A stretch of 64,000 nucleotides of DNA from Octopus sinensis. Lineage: Eukaryota. The notes below the pieces were generated by a model, which saw only the letters and a program-made list of their open reading frames with translations, did not search any database and was not told the DNA's origin. Position 1 is the first letter of the stretch; each line of letters begins with the position of its first letter. Location: the NCBI RefSeq assembly GCF_006345805.1, contig NC_043014.1, positions 15,872,001-15,936,000 on the forward strand. Reading direction: 5' to 3'. The position numbers and the translations under genes were made by a program. Of this stretch, positions 49,501 to 60,300 are shown one piece after another.

Positions 49501-52500
49501 CTCAATCTGAACCATAATGAATTTACCCATTTTTATCTGTCTTCCAGTCAAAAAACACCTTTGAAATAGCTGTGTCTGATGATCCTAATTCTCTTCTTCA
49601 GATTAAAATATAAAAGGGAAACAAAAAACAGAAAGATGCATTTTATTATCTCAATCAGATAACCTAATCTCATCTAAAACAAGTATTTACACAACTTAAT
49701 AGGCACAGGTGTGGCTGTATGGGAAGAAGCATGTTATCTAACGATGTGGTCTTGGGTTCAGTCCCACTGCATGGCACTTTGGGCAAATGTCTTCTACTAC
49801 AGCCCCAGATTGACTAATGCCTTGTGAATGAATTTTGTAGAAGTAAATTGTGTGGAAGCCTTTCACATGTATACATGTGTGTATGTATCTATCTTTCTTT
49901 CTCTCTCTCTCACTGTTTGTCCCTTCCCAACTGCTTAACAGCTGGTGTTGCTTCAGTTACATTACTTCAGGTTTGACAAAAGAGATTAACAGAATAAATA
50001 CCAAACCTAAAAAAAGTACTGGTGTTAATTTGGTCGACTAAGACCGTTCAAGGAAGTGCCCCAGCATGGCTGCAATCCAATGATTGAAACCAGTAAAAGA
50101 AAGCAAAAGAATTCAAATTCAAAAGAAAAGTATGCAACACCAGCTAATTTGGTAAACAGATGTAAGAACAGTCATCATCATTATCACTGCCATCACCTTC
50201 GTTATCATCATCATTATTATTTCAATGTAAACATTGCATCTTCTTAATAGGTTCAATTTCAACCCTATCTTCTTTTACCTCAAGTCCAACATTCTTAGAT
50301 TTTACCCAACCACTTCCTCTACTTCAGGTAACTTCTAACTACCAAACTATAATACTTTTTCACCCAGTTTACATGATCCAATTATGGTACATCACTATAC
50401 CAGTGTAGATGTTTCTTCTGCAGAAATTGTCTTCTACTTTTGATACCAACCTAATTTCTCAACTCTGCTTAACACACACAAAAGCCAATCAAGCCCTCTT
50501 TACATGTGATGGGTCGATCTCAAGACACTGAGCCTTGTGAAGGAGATGACTAAGGACCAAGATATCTGATGCACCGCTGTAGTCAAGAAGACCCATCCAC
50601 CACAGCAGAACTGATACCGGTGTTGGTGCCACATTAACAGTATTGGTGCTGGAGCCACATAAAATGCACCCAGTACACTCTGTGGAGTGGTTGGTGTTAA
50701 GAAGAGCATCAAACCATTAAAAAAAAACCATGTCAGAACAGACAATGGACCCTGGTGTGGCCCCTAATGATACAAGGTCTGGTCAAACCGTCCTACTCAT
50801 GCCAACATGGAAAATGAATGTTAAATGATAATGATGAATAATATGTAATGTGCATTTTCTTTACAAAAGCAGAAAGTTAATAGTTAGCAATTACGAACTT
50901 GACATGAAGAATAAGGTGACTTACCGTAAATGTCTAATAAGTTGTTCCTTAAAAGTAGAACTTTTAGTGTTCCTTATAAGATTTACTAATTTCTCTTCTA
51001 ATTCAGTGTCTTGTAAGAGTTCTCCCTGACCATTTTTATAAAGCTTCAGCTTAATCTTAGAATTTTCTGGTGGACAGAAAACCTGAAGAAAAAATAGAAT
51101 AATTTAGCTTGAAATAAAAATTAAATGTGTGTGTGTGTGTATGTGTGCATATACACACATATATAAATGTGTGTATATATATATATATATGATGGGAAGG
51201 TTTACGAAAATAAACAAAAGACGAAGGCAGGTGGAGTACAAACAAACAATGTATTAGTATGGCGCTCAGGAATAGAAAAAGTCTTTTACGTTTCGAGCCT
51301 ACGCTCTTCAGCAGAAAGATACACAGAAAAGAAACAAGGAGAGAAAAAAATTGCGTGTAGGGGCTAACGATCCACACACAAATATATAACTTACATCACA
51401 CAATAAAGTTTGATCACTCCAAGCTGTGAGTGTACTTATACAACCTGTTCAAAATAACATCAAAGTTTCCCATCCTTAAAACATAGAGACCTTGCACTAC
51501 AACTCGAAACTCAAAGACAAAATATCACCCAGTAAGGCTGCAATGTTGGAGATTGGAAATGTTAATCATTAGATTTCTTCAGTAAATAACCTTCAATGTC
51601 ATGGTTTTGTTTAAGGCAAACAAGATGAAAGAACAATAATTTGAATCAACAACTGAAACCAAGGACTTGCTGTTGTTGTTCTTGTTGTTACTAGCACTAA
51701 ATGTGATTTAAAAAGTATTCTAAATTGTCATTTTTCAATCCTGATCAGTGAGATATATGATCAAAGGTGTTCCAGCAATGACCATCCCATTTTTATATTG
51801 TGTCATTTAATTGAGTAATTTATGTTGCCAGTTGGTTTAGTGATTGTTTGATCTGCAAGAAATAGCAGTTGAGTTTCCTTAAATAAGTACAGACATACTA
51901 ACAATTGTAAACCTACGTAACCCTAAAAAAGAAGGGATGTTATGGCTAGGATATCTTTGATCAGAGATCTGCTAAACAATAATAGTATACTGACTGAAAG
52001 CAAGAACTGAACTCATGATCTTGTGGCCAGCAGTCCACTATCTCAATGTCACAGTCACTTTAGCCACTACATCAAACCCACATTTTCATTAACTAAACCA
52101 TGTAGTCAGAATATGTTGAAATAAGAAGTAAATATTGGGAAATACCTGTTCTAAAGATGTTATGTAATATGGCATTCCCATCCGTTCGCAGAATTCTTTA
52201 ATTTGAATCAGAATCTCTTGTCGTTGTGCCCAGCTCTGACCAAGAGCTGCTCCCTCTGTAAACAAATAACATCATTTTTCAATATCAAAAAATAACTATA
52301 TCATTTCAAAGAAAACAATACTTCAGTTAGTTGTTGCTATTTTCCTCATGCTCATCAAAAATTTCTAAGTCAGAAAAGAAAGGTTCTTTTGTCTTTTTTG
52401 CAGTTAACATGTCAATGGACATTCTTTCAGCTGTGGTATTCTTTTAATTGGAATAGTTTGACAACAGTCCATCAATGAAGAGTCAACCAAGTCACCATGT

Positions 52501-55500
52501 TTAGCTTACTTCAGCCTTCACTCAATTATATCAAAACCTTGAACTCCAATGCTTCTATTTCATTGACTCTAGAAGGATGATAGAACATACATATTTGACA
52601 GTAACCAGTAGCCTAAATATATCATACAGTGGGTGAGGCATTTTAACACAGCCATTTTGGTGTCACAGAGTCAATGTTGACTTATTTGACATCAAATATT
52701 TTAAAGCTTCTCTCTCTCTCTTTCTGACTCCTTCTTTGTTTATGTGTCTGAAGAGAGGGAACATGTGTATGTCAATCATGTTCAATTAGCAAATTGTAAT
52801 GTTTCTCTCCTATCTATTTGTCTATATTCCAGCACGTGTGTGCAAGTTTGCCTCCAGAACCAACAAGTACTGTCACCAAAACAGGCTGAATGTCCAGTCA
52901 GCCATGCCAAATTATCAGTGCACCCAATCATCTCATTCTGTCATAGGATAGGCTAGCATTTTTGTATAAAAACTCATCGCTAAGTTATGCTAACAGAGAA
53001 AAGAGATACCAATAGCTAACTAATCTTATCACTTATAGAGGCAAGGTATCTATGATAAACTGATCTTTATACAGCTCTGTCAAATATAGAGACAAGATGA
53101 CTATGATAAACTTATCTCGTCACATCAATGTTGTACACAGAGACAAAATATACATGATGGGCACAAGGTTAGACTTCTAACTTACCATCAATATAAACGA
53201 TTTCTGGAATAAATCGAAGTTTCTTGAATTTGCTCAATTCCAATCCCTTAAAAAAAATATGAAAAATGGTTAAATGTCAGAGATTAATGTAAGGAACTAA
53301 TCTTGTAATACGAAGTAGAAAGGAGAGAAAAAGAAACAAATTTTACTAGGAAGATACTTTTATATTTAAAGAAAATTATTCTCAATAGCTAAGGGAGAAA
53401 AATATGTTATTTCTGTAACATTAGCGGAATATTGCTGCATGGGTGAAATCATTAGATGTACAAGCAGAAGGTTAGCAGGTAATAGTGAATTGTTTGATGA
53501 CAATAGTATTACCTACAACATGCTAGACTATAGAAAATCAGCATTAGCTAACTAGATGGATTATTAAATGATAAACCAGTTAATGAAAATAACATTATCT
53601 AATTTACACCAAGAATAACATTTAGACACATAATATCAAACTACTGAATAACTTAAGTCAATCTTTAACAAGGCTGATGTTCTGAGGCAAGTTTTAGATC
53701 CAGACTATCAGAGTAAAAAAAATTTTTTTGTTTTTAAATTAATTGTAAGGTAGCAGAAAAATTAAAGTTTATAAGTAAATGTCTGTAGAAACAGTGTTGT
53801 TTATAATGAGTTGTAAGACAGAAACAACCTTACATCTTTTACAAGGTGGAGCAACGCTGATGATGAAGGTCCACCAGAATATGCAAGGAGGATACAATCT
53901 CTGTCTCTGATGAGTTTAGATTTACCAATGTTTGACCGGAACTTGTGTGTCACATGGGTAAGGAAACAATCTCTGAAAGGAGATAATAAATAGACAGACA
54001 GTGTTGGGATACTATAGAATTAGAGATGACAGCAAAAATTGTTTCATCATTAAATTAGATGTCAGTAATAAGAGAATGAGATGAGCAAGTATACGAAAGA
54101 GATAGGTAGATAAATATGAACAGTTGTTTACCTGCAAAATGGGTCATTTTGGCGAATAACAAATTTAGCTTCATTTTCTTGACATTTTACACAAAGTCTG
54201 ACAGAACTGTAAGACAGGAAAGAGAAGATGATTTAGTAAATAATGGAGACTACATTATTTCTACAAATAGCAATATTACATGTTGCAAAGATGGTGAGCT
54301 GGTAGAATCATTAGCACATGGGGCAAAATACTTAGCAGCGTTTTGTGTGTCTTTATGTTCTAAATCCAAATCCTGCCAAGGCTGATTTTGCTATTCATCC
54401 TGTCAAGGTCAATAAAATAAGAACCAGCTGAGTACTGGGGCCCATGTAATTAACTTACCCTATCTCCTAAAATTTACTGGGCTGATGCCAAAATTTGAAA
54501 CCAGTATTACATGTTGTATTTGAAAAAGAAAAACATGTTGAAAAACAAGAGTTAAAACTCCATACATGTTATAAGGTTATTATAGCGATAGTAAGCACTA
54601 TCTCAAGTCCTAGAACTCATAGGGCCAGTTACATGGTTTCTAAGGCATTTATGTGTCTGAGATCACAATATCTCCCCTGAATGGAACACCAGTCCGTTGC
54701 AGGGTTACTCATTTACAGGTGAGTGGACTGGAGCAATGTGAAGTGAAGGGTTTTGTTCCAGAACACAATGTACCACACAGTCTGGAAATTGAAATCAGGA
54801 TCTTTTTTGTTGTGAGTATAACTCCCTAATCACTCAGCCACATGCCTTCACTCTAAGGTCATTAACAAGGTCTAAATAGTATGCCTGATGACTGGAAGAG
54901 AAAATTAAGAGTAAATCAGGTGCAGTTAAGAAACCTAATTTGCAATTACATAGTTTCAAGTTGATCTTACTACACAATACCTTCTACTATAGCACTGGGT
55001 TGATCAATACTTACCTTGTGAATGGAATTTGTGTGTGTGTGTGTGTGCATATTTTTTGCAGTGAAGAATATATATATATATATATCAGTGAGAAAACTGG
55101 AAATCAATGCTTTACAAAACCATCATCTCCAGCATCCATATTCCATGATGTCATGGAATATGGATATTTGTTCTCCATCAAGTTAGATATTATCAACATC
55201 AGAAATGTAGTTAGGTGGCAAGCTGGCAGAATCATTAGCATGCCAGGCAAAATGCTTAGCAACATTTTGTCTATCTTTATGTTCTGAGTTCAAATTCTGC
55301 CAAGGTCAACTTAGCCTTTCATCTTTCTGGGGTTGATAAAATAAGTTCTAGTTGTGTATTGGGGTCAATATAATCGACTTGGCTTCTCCCCCTTGTGCAG
55401 GCCTTGTGTTTCTTTATATATGTATATTCAATATATACCTAGTCTAACTTTGAATTGGTACCTTATCTATTTGTGAATAATCCAGGAAAATTAGCTGAAA

Positions 55501-56964
55501 TTGTTTGGTAATTAACTAAATATGAACTTAATTTAAAATATCAGCCATAATCTCCTTTAAACCATAGCCTATTGCCTTAAAAGAAAAAAACAATAAAATG
55601 CATAATACGGTTCTGGATTCCTAACATATAGGAAAAAGACAGGATGGTCATGGCTGAAATGTTCTTGCATCTATTGATTAGTGTTCACTTGGAATTAAAA
55701 GAACAATTTAATAAATACAAGTGAGAACTTCAAGTATTACTGAATTCGGTCTATGAATTGAGATCCAGTTACCTCTTTCGCTACTATTTCCATTGAAATC
55801 TGCACAAGTAATCAGCTTCACCCAGGCTCTATATTCCCCAATGAGGAAGTGAAAATTTCACTCATTCATTCGACAAAATTTCCGTTAAAGTTGTGATAGG
55901 GTAAAATAAAAATCTGTTGGAGGAACAGTGACAGAAAACCTCGATTTTTCCACATATGAAGCAAACTTGTTAGAACTACTTTCAACTTCCCTTAAGGGAG
56001 TAAACAGCGATTAGTCTTGAATAAAAGGTAAGCACAGGTGCAGGCATGGGTGTGTGGTAAGAAGCTTGCTTCCCAACCACATGGTTCCGGGTTCAGTCCC
56101 ACTGCATGGTACCTTGGATGTTTTCTACTAAAGCCTCGTGCTGACCAAAGCCCAATGAGGGGTTTGGAGGCGGAAACCAAAAGAAGCCCATCGTGTATGT
56201 ATGTACGTGTGTATGTATACGTATGCGCGTGTTTGTCCCCTCCTCCTATACCAATTGACAATTGGTGTTGATGTGTTTATCTCCCTGTAACTTAGCGGTT
56301 CGACAAAAGAACCGATACAATAAGTACCAGGCTTTTAAAATGTAAACATTGGGGTCGATTCATTCGGCTAAAAGATTTCTTCGGGGCAGTGCCCCAGTAT
56401 AGCCGCAGTCCAATGACTGAAACAAGTAAACAAGAGAGAAGATACCGGAGAAGTCAGTTCATGCCACACACCGAACATAACAATTCCCATTTCTGCAAAC
56501 CAAAGTGAGAATATCGGTTAATATCTAGTTTGACACCTGGCCACCAACACAAAAAAAAAAGTGTAACAGGTGTAAACGAATCTGAAAACCAAAATATGTG
56601 CAAACGAACCAGGGGGGTGGGGATAGGACTTTCGGAAAATTTATACGATCCAATTTTTTCCCTCATAACTTTCAGGAAAATGGATATCTTTTAAAGAAAT
56701 TTTATGTAAATACCTTTCAAACGGCATAGATTACTATTATAAAGAAATTTATGGGGGAAATTTCTTTCCGAAACGGTGGAGAGAGGATACGTTGGACAAT
56801 CGGAGCACATGGTGCGTTACAGAACATATATTCAGTTAAGATAGCCACATTAATAAATGTCTCAAGATATGGTTAAGATGGAGCAAACCTTACCCATCGT
56901 TTTGTAGTTTCAGTTTTCGAATTGGTTCGTCTAAATTCTCATCCTCTCCTTGACGACTGCACAT
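31727..56964 (-). CDS. CTU2: Cytoplasmic tRNA 2-thiolation protein 2, 15 coding exons, 1341 nt, 446 aa
   Basis: complement join(56894-56964,54132-54206,53834-53972,53186-53246,52146-52255,50925-51082,48431-48566,46216-46265,43217-43298,41948-42039,40135-40198,38892-39007,34533-34593,32162-32208,31727-31805). All introns are GT-AG and every phase is consistent. Motifs: MCS start, CVKC...FCRDCF, HKFR, degenerate PP-loop YSGGPSS, YIDEGA, RLAI...AQGRG, GFSD...RPL, SIERLTE...YPSTV, CTLC, LCFGC, IKDFLL. Confidence 0.96.
32162..32208 (-). CDS. CTU2: CTU2 exon 14
   Basis: NEPDLLPIQMTQPNIS; long pyrimidine tract, AAG acceptor, AAG|GTTTGT donor; phases 0 and 2 fit both neighbours. Confidence 0.8.
33612..33856 (+). 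mobile_element. RTE-tail-type retroposon copy in CTU2 intron 13
   Basis: About 93% identical (manual count) to the reverse complement of 38054-38295. Confidence 0.85.
34533..34593 (-). CDS. CTU2: CTU2 exon 13
   Basis: NDVDISDHLCFGCRAMAREM (lies within ORF 34458-34658). Confidence 0.93.
35790..36890 (+). mobile_element. RTE LINE 3' portion (end of ORF plus modular 3' UTR and (ATG)n tail)
   Basis: KLEIVDSFCYLGDQVSSGGGCSKSIAARIRVGWAKFRELP...RLYDACVQTAMLHGSETW...MLRWMCNV, with frameshifts. It runs directly into the family tail. Confidence 0.88.
38040..38430 (-). mobile_element. RTE-tail-type retroposon copy with four GCTTTTTAYGTGCCAC-type subrepeats
   Basis: Reverse-strand copy in CTU2 intron 12. 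Confidence 0.85.
38892..39007 (-). CDS. CTU2: CTU2 exon 12
   Basis: GWLDTAVLEASALNALHLSYNLSNGIQEQQVNGEGNCNS. The distal donor CAG|GTAAAT gives the phase needed by exon 13. Confidence 0.88.
40135..40198 (-). CDS. CTU2: CTU2 exon 11
   Basis: TSEKLDVQRNNEVRSKCTLCK. Confidence 0.94.
40508..40729. mobile_element. piggyBac-type MITE with TTAA target-site duplication
   Basis: TTAA|CCCTTTTGTTACCA ... TGGTATCAAAAGGG|TTAA. Related partial copies lie near 27.8 and 34.25-34.44 kb. Confidence 0.85.
41292..41724. mobile_element. Two inverted copies of a piggyBac-type MITE (41292-41506 + and ~41563-41724 -)
   Basis: CCCTTTAGCATTCAGATT... on + is followed by the reverse-complement internal sequence ending AAGG|TTAA. 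Confidence 0.7.
41948..42039 (-). CDS. CTU2: CTU2 exon 10
   Basis: GSCNASIERLTEKFVTELHVEYPSTVCNITR. Confidence 0.95.
43217..43298 (-). CDS. CTU2: CTU2 exon 9
   Basis: NLTSKEVAMYNNTNNITPVVCYSLTTM. Confidence 0.93.
43598..43830 (-). mobile_element. Penelope-type short repeat (copy 2, CpG-decayed)
   Basis: Homologous to 28919-29082 and 51193-51372. Confidence 0.6.
44480..44850 (+). mobile_element. Possible CR1/L2-like LINE remnant
   Basis: LRALYKAHI*PMLEYGLHLWG-like translation near 44640-44705. Confidence 0.4.
44858..45186. mobile_element. hAT (Charlie-like) MITE with 8-bp TSD
   Basis: TIRs TAGTGGTTCTCAAC / GTTGAGAAACACTG. An identical flanking 8-mer ATCTACAC occurs at 44850-44857 and 45187-45194. 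Confidence 0.88.
45678..45897 (-). mobile_element. piggyBac-type MITE
   Basis: CCCTTTAGCATT ... AATGTTAAAGGG|TTAA; the internal sequence is the reverse complement of 18777-18994. Confidence 0.75.
46216..46265 (-). CDS. CTU2: CTU2 exon 8
   Basis: GFSDDRNDDILTVRPLK. Confidence 0.94.
48431..48566 (-). CDS. CTU2: CTU2 exon 7
   Basis: NDLLDRIARLTGNKMIMVGTGENRLAILMLADIAQGRGAHISLNV (lies within ORF 48380-48601). Confidence 0.96.
49030..49320 (-). mobile_element. tRNA-headed SINE of a further family (GACTGGAGCAACATGAAAT core on +)
   Basis: The core is shared with 37690-37990 (+), 40930-41120 and 54620-54850. Confidence 0.6.
50925..51082 (-). CDS. CTU2: CTU2 exon 6
   Basis: VFCPPENSKIKLKLYKNGQGELLQDTELEEKLVNLIRNTKSSTFKEQLIRHLR. 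Confidence 0.93.
51193..51372 (-). mobile_element. Penelope-type short repeat (copy 3) carrying the best-preserved hammerhead-like motif
   Basis: The minus strand at 51319-51281 reads TCTTT-CTG-CTGAAGA-GCGTAGGCTC-GAAA-CGTA-AAAGAC. Confidence 0.65.
52146..52255 (-). CDS. CTU2: CTU2 exon 5
   Basis: EGAALGQSWAQRQEILIQIKEFCERMGMPYYITSLEQ. Confidence 0.95.
53186..53246 (-). CDS. CTU2: CTU2 exon 4
   Basis: GLELSKFKKLRFIPEIVYID; AAG acceptor after a T run; GTAAGT donor. Confidence 0.93.
53834..53972 (-). CDS. CTU2: CTU2 exon 3
   Basis: DCFLTHVTHKFRSNIGKSKLIRDRDCILLAYSGGPSSSALLHLVKD. Confidence 0.96.
54132..54206 (-). CDS. CTU2: CTU2 exon 2
   Basis: SVRLCVKCQENEAKFVIRQNDPFCR; strong pyrimidine tract. 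Confidence 0.95.
56894..56964 (-). CDS. CTU2: CTU2 exon 1
   Basis: MCSRQGEDENLDEPIRKLKLQNDG; phase-2 donor GTAAGG matches exon 2. Confidence 0.88.
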
Positions 56965-57042
56965 TTTAACACAATTAAAACTCCTGTTGACAACTTCAGC
57001 TGATGCAATACTTACTACCTCCCTTTAAGAAGAACGATAAAA

Positions 57043-57049
57043 CGGAAGT
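57043..57049 (+). promoter_or_regulatory. ETS-type motif CGGAAGT upstream of CTU2
   Basis: Lies 79 bp upstream of the CTU2 ATG, between two TACCTCCCTT(T/A)AAGAAG direct repeats (57016, 57050). Confidence 0.4.
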
Positions 57050-57069
57050 TACCTCCCTTAAAGAAGCTA

Positions 57070-57445
57070 TGCAGACGATGGCAGTTCTTCGTGACCGAAG
57101 ATCATTATGAAAAACGGCAAGTCCTTAAGTGGCTATGTAAGCTGATCCTTAAATCTCAGGTTTTGGCGCACTTGGGGCAAATTTGTCGGCTTTGATCAAA
57201 TGGAGGTCAAGACGATGACAATTTATCATCCGCCGCAGATGCTCTAGCCTTCTCAAAATTGTAACAGTTTGGATACTTTATCACCACACTTCCCTCTGTG
57301 CTGCCACTCCTCTCACTTTGTGGGGTCAATCCCTACCTGAGGGAGCTGATGTTTCAGCTCCGGGCTTTTCTGTCTCTTTTGCTTGCTACAGAGTACGGCC
57401 TTCGGCATTCTGGATTAAGCCATGTGTGAGATGTGACCTGCAGAT
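57070..57445 (-). mobile_element. RTE (BovB-like) LINE 3' end
   Basis: The minus strand gives QVGIDPTK*EE and the terminal zinc-finger relic CPKCAKT*DLRISLHSHLRTC, then an ATGATCTTCGGTCACGAAG-type 3' UTR. Confidence 0.7.
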
Positions 57446-58286
57446 AGTCAGTTAAAAAGCCCTCAAATTATTCCAACTGTCTTTTTAAAAAATGGAATAA
57501 CGCATTAGATGATGCAATATTGAAATACATTACATTGTCTGAAAGAGATGGAATGTTTTTGCTATTATTATCAAAGACATTAGTACGTTATTTTGGTGGA
57601 AATTGCGAAGCATTTGACACTTCTAAAATTTGTCAGTGAGTTTTTCACTGAAATGGCGTGCCCAATTTTTAAAAGAGAGCGGCGAACTGGTAGAGTCGTT
57701 AGCACGCCGGGAAAAATGCTTAGCGGCATTTCGTCTATCTTTACGCTCTGAGTTTAAATTCCACCGAGGCATACTTTGCTTTTCATCCTTCCGGGGACGA
57801 TAAAATAAGTACCAGTTAAGCACTGGAGTCGTTGTAATCGACTTACCCCTTACCAAAATTTGAAATCGTTATTACCAAGGATATTTGATTTAAACTGGGC
57901 TATTAACAAGAACTCTACATCATCAACCCCATAGAGACTGGAAGGCAAAGATGATGACTAGAACAAGTTGATTATAGAGAGATTTGCTTGATCAGGAACT
58001 GACCTGAAGCTTAACAGCAAATAACTATGCATTTTTTTCATTCTTTGGTTTTAGATCTTCCCTTTCACATAAACGATTAAGATTGCAGATATACTCGTAT
58101 TCTTATGCAGTTTTTCTTTTAAACTGGTTGTAAAACCGTTGGTCATGAGTCGTCGTGACAGTGATACATGTTCCGGCTCTTTGCATCCTACAGAACTCTA
58201 CTTTGCCTTTTATCTCTCTGCAGGCGATTAAGTAAAGTACTAGTTAAGTATTGAGATCGAATCTTCTCTCTCTTTATTTTTCCTCC

Positions 58287-58323
<37 letters not shown>

Positions 58324-59599
58324 AGTCATTCACATATACTTACACAGAATCGGATGATAGTTGCCTGGTTAATGCCATTCAAATGAGCATGTCAAGAAGT
58401 TGGTTGAGCTACGAGCCAGCAATCTCTTCTCATAAAAAGAAAGAAAAAGAAAAAAGAAAAGACAGCTTGCTGTAGAAACCGTCCGAAGAAATCAGGAGAA
58501 ATCCTTCGTAGCTCCATGGGCAGACATTACGGGCATGGACGAATCGATGCACAGCGAAACCGTGTCAATATTGTGTTACTGTTATTATTGATGTTTTGTG
58601 TGATTGAGTCTATAAGTTGGCTGCAATCTTTGTTCCTTTGGGCCTGACATTTGTTAGAAGGGGCTAGTCGATTACATTGACTCCAGTGCTTCTTTTTGGT
58701 ACTTCTTTTATTGCCTCCTGAAAAGATGAAAGGCAAAGTCGACTACGGCGGAAATTGAACTCAGAACACAAAGTCAGAAGAAACGCCACTAAGAAGTTTG
58801 TCCGACGTGCTAACAATTCAACCGGCTGGTTGTCTTGATAATCCTTTCCACTATAGGTATGCAGCTTGAAATTTAGCGTGAGTGGAATAGTCGATTATAT
58901 CGACCCCAGTGCTCGACTGGTACTCGTTTTATAGACCCCGAAAAGATAAAAGGCGGAGTCAACTTCGGCAGAATTTCAACTCAGAACGTAAAGACATTGC
59001 CCGGCGTGATAACGATTTTGCCAGCTCGTCGCCTTAATAACACTGTGTAACGTGACTTTTGTTCTTGGATCGCAACTGTTATTTCCTATTTGCTTAACCC
59101 TAGAAAGTATGAAAAATGGTTAATATGTCCTTCAAACTTTGTTTTTGTCACGTTTATTAAAACCCCAAAGAATCCTTCTCAACACATGGCTATGAAGCTC
59201 CCTCACAATTCTGTTCATGATCAGAGATGCACATATTGCCAGCCACTACAGGACATGCTCTAACTGACGAGCAAATCTGTGGTATTGAGCAGAATATTTG
59301 CTACAGCGATATTTTTGCTTCAGCAATTTAGCGCTGAATTTGTTTGAAATGTAATGGGAAATAGGTCAGTTTCAAAATATTGATGTCCAGGTCACAAAAG
59401 CAAAGTTTGAAGGGAATAGTAATCATTTCTTTTGATTTCTAGATAGAAGCAAATAGGAAATAACACTTACTGACCAAAGACAAAAGCAAACAAAAAAATT
59501 AAAATTTTGTTGCACAGTGTAATAATAGTGATGGTACTTTGTATTTACCATAAGATCGACGAATGAGTAGATCTCATGGACAGACTGTTACAAAGAAAA

Positions 59600-60300
59600 A
59601 GCGCTGGGACTTGCATTGAATCATACAAGTGAGAGACAAAAAGAAGTGAAAATGAGAGTATACAAAGGAGGTTCACCATCAAAGGTTAATCAAGGAACTG
59701 CAGATTCTCGATTATTCTGACTACAAGGAGTAAATTGCCTTTCCTAGCTGTCATTTCCTGTATATAGGCACATAATGAGAGCAGTCTCAATTACTGGAGT
59801 TATTTACCACTCTCACAAACTCTCCAACAAATTCACTTGAGAGCAACACGAGCCTCGTCTTCTCCTCCAAGTAGAACATGGAGAGAATGTATCTCACTTC
59901 AGTCGTTTCAATTGCATCCACTATACAATCTCTTTTGCTATAATCACCAAATAAAAACTGTCTTCTCTTCGCAGTTAAAGAAAGGTGGCGGAGAGATTTT
60001 CTTGATAGCCGGATCCATCGTAAATAGGTTCGATATTACTCCACATGTCAATAATGACCGGAAAGAGTAAAAATGCATGTAGAACGGTTTTCTGTGCATC
60101 TTGGACACTTCCTGTGGAGTTCGTCTCGAACCGGTTGTGCCCCTCAACAACACTGTCAGGCTAAGGATTTCTGGAAGTTATTTATATTAGTCTCTAATCT
60201 GAAAGTCTTCCTGAACAGATCAGTTATTTTGTCTTCATTAACACCAAGAGTTTCCCCGAGGACATCGTTGCTCTTATTTACTGTTAGTCCTCTACATATA
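59600..60300 (-). mobile_element. Possible L1/Tx1-clade LINE C-terminal remnant
   Basis: Frameshifted CPRC...KTVLHAFLLFPVIIDMW resembles the C-x2-C-x(n)-H-x4-C knuckle of L1/Tx1 ORF2. Confidence 0.45.

Noticed and set aside
53035-53160. Two to three degenerate ~50-bp tandem units (TATAGAGRCAAG...CTATGATAAACT)
   Set aside because: It is an ordinary decayed minisatellite with no further structure visible.
55773-55799. 27-nt CAG/GT-bounded micro-exon candidate in CTU2 intron 1
   Set aside because: In the required phase it reads GGA TTT CAA TGG AAA TAG (stop), and there is no support beyond chance splice dinucleotides.
56691-56810. Second MCS-starting frame (MCSDCPTYPLSTVSERN...) on - as CTU2 exon 1
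   Set aside because: Its good donor (AAAG|GTATTT) is phase 1 while exon 2 needs phase 2, and the frame soon stops. The 56964 start has a consensus phase-2 donor and a CTU2-like acidic N-terminus.
2327-56893. U12-type (minor) introns in either gene
   Set aside because: No donor of the 22 inferred introns matches RTATCCTT; all are ordinary GT-AG.
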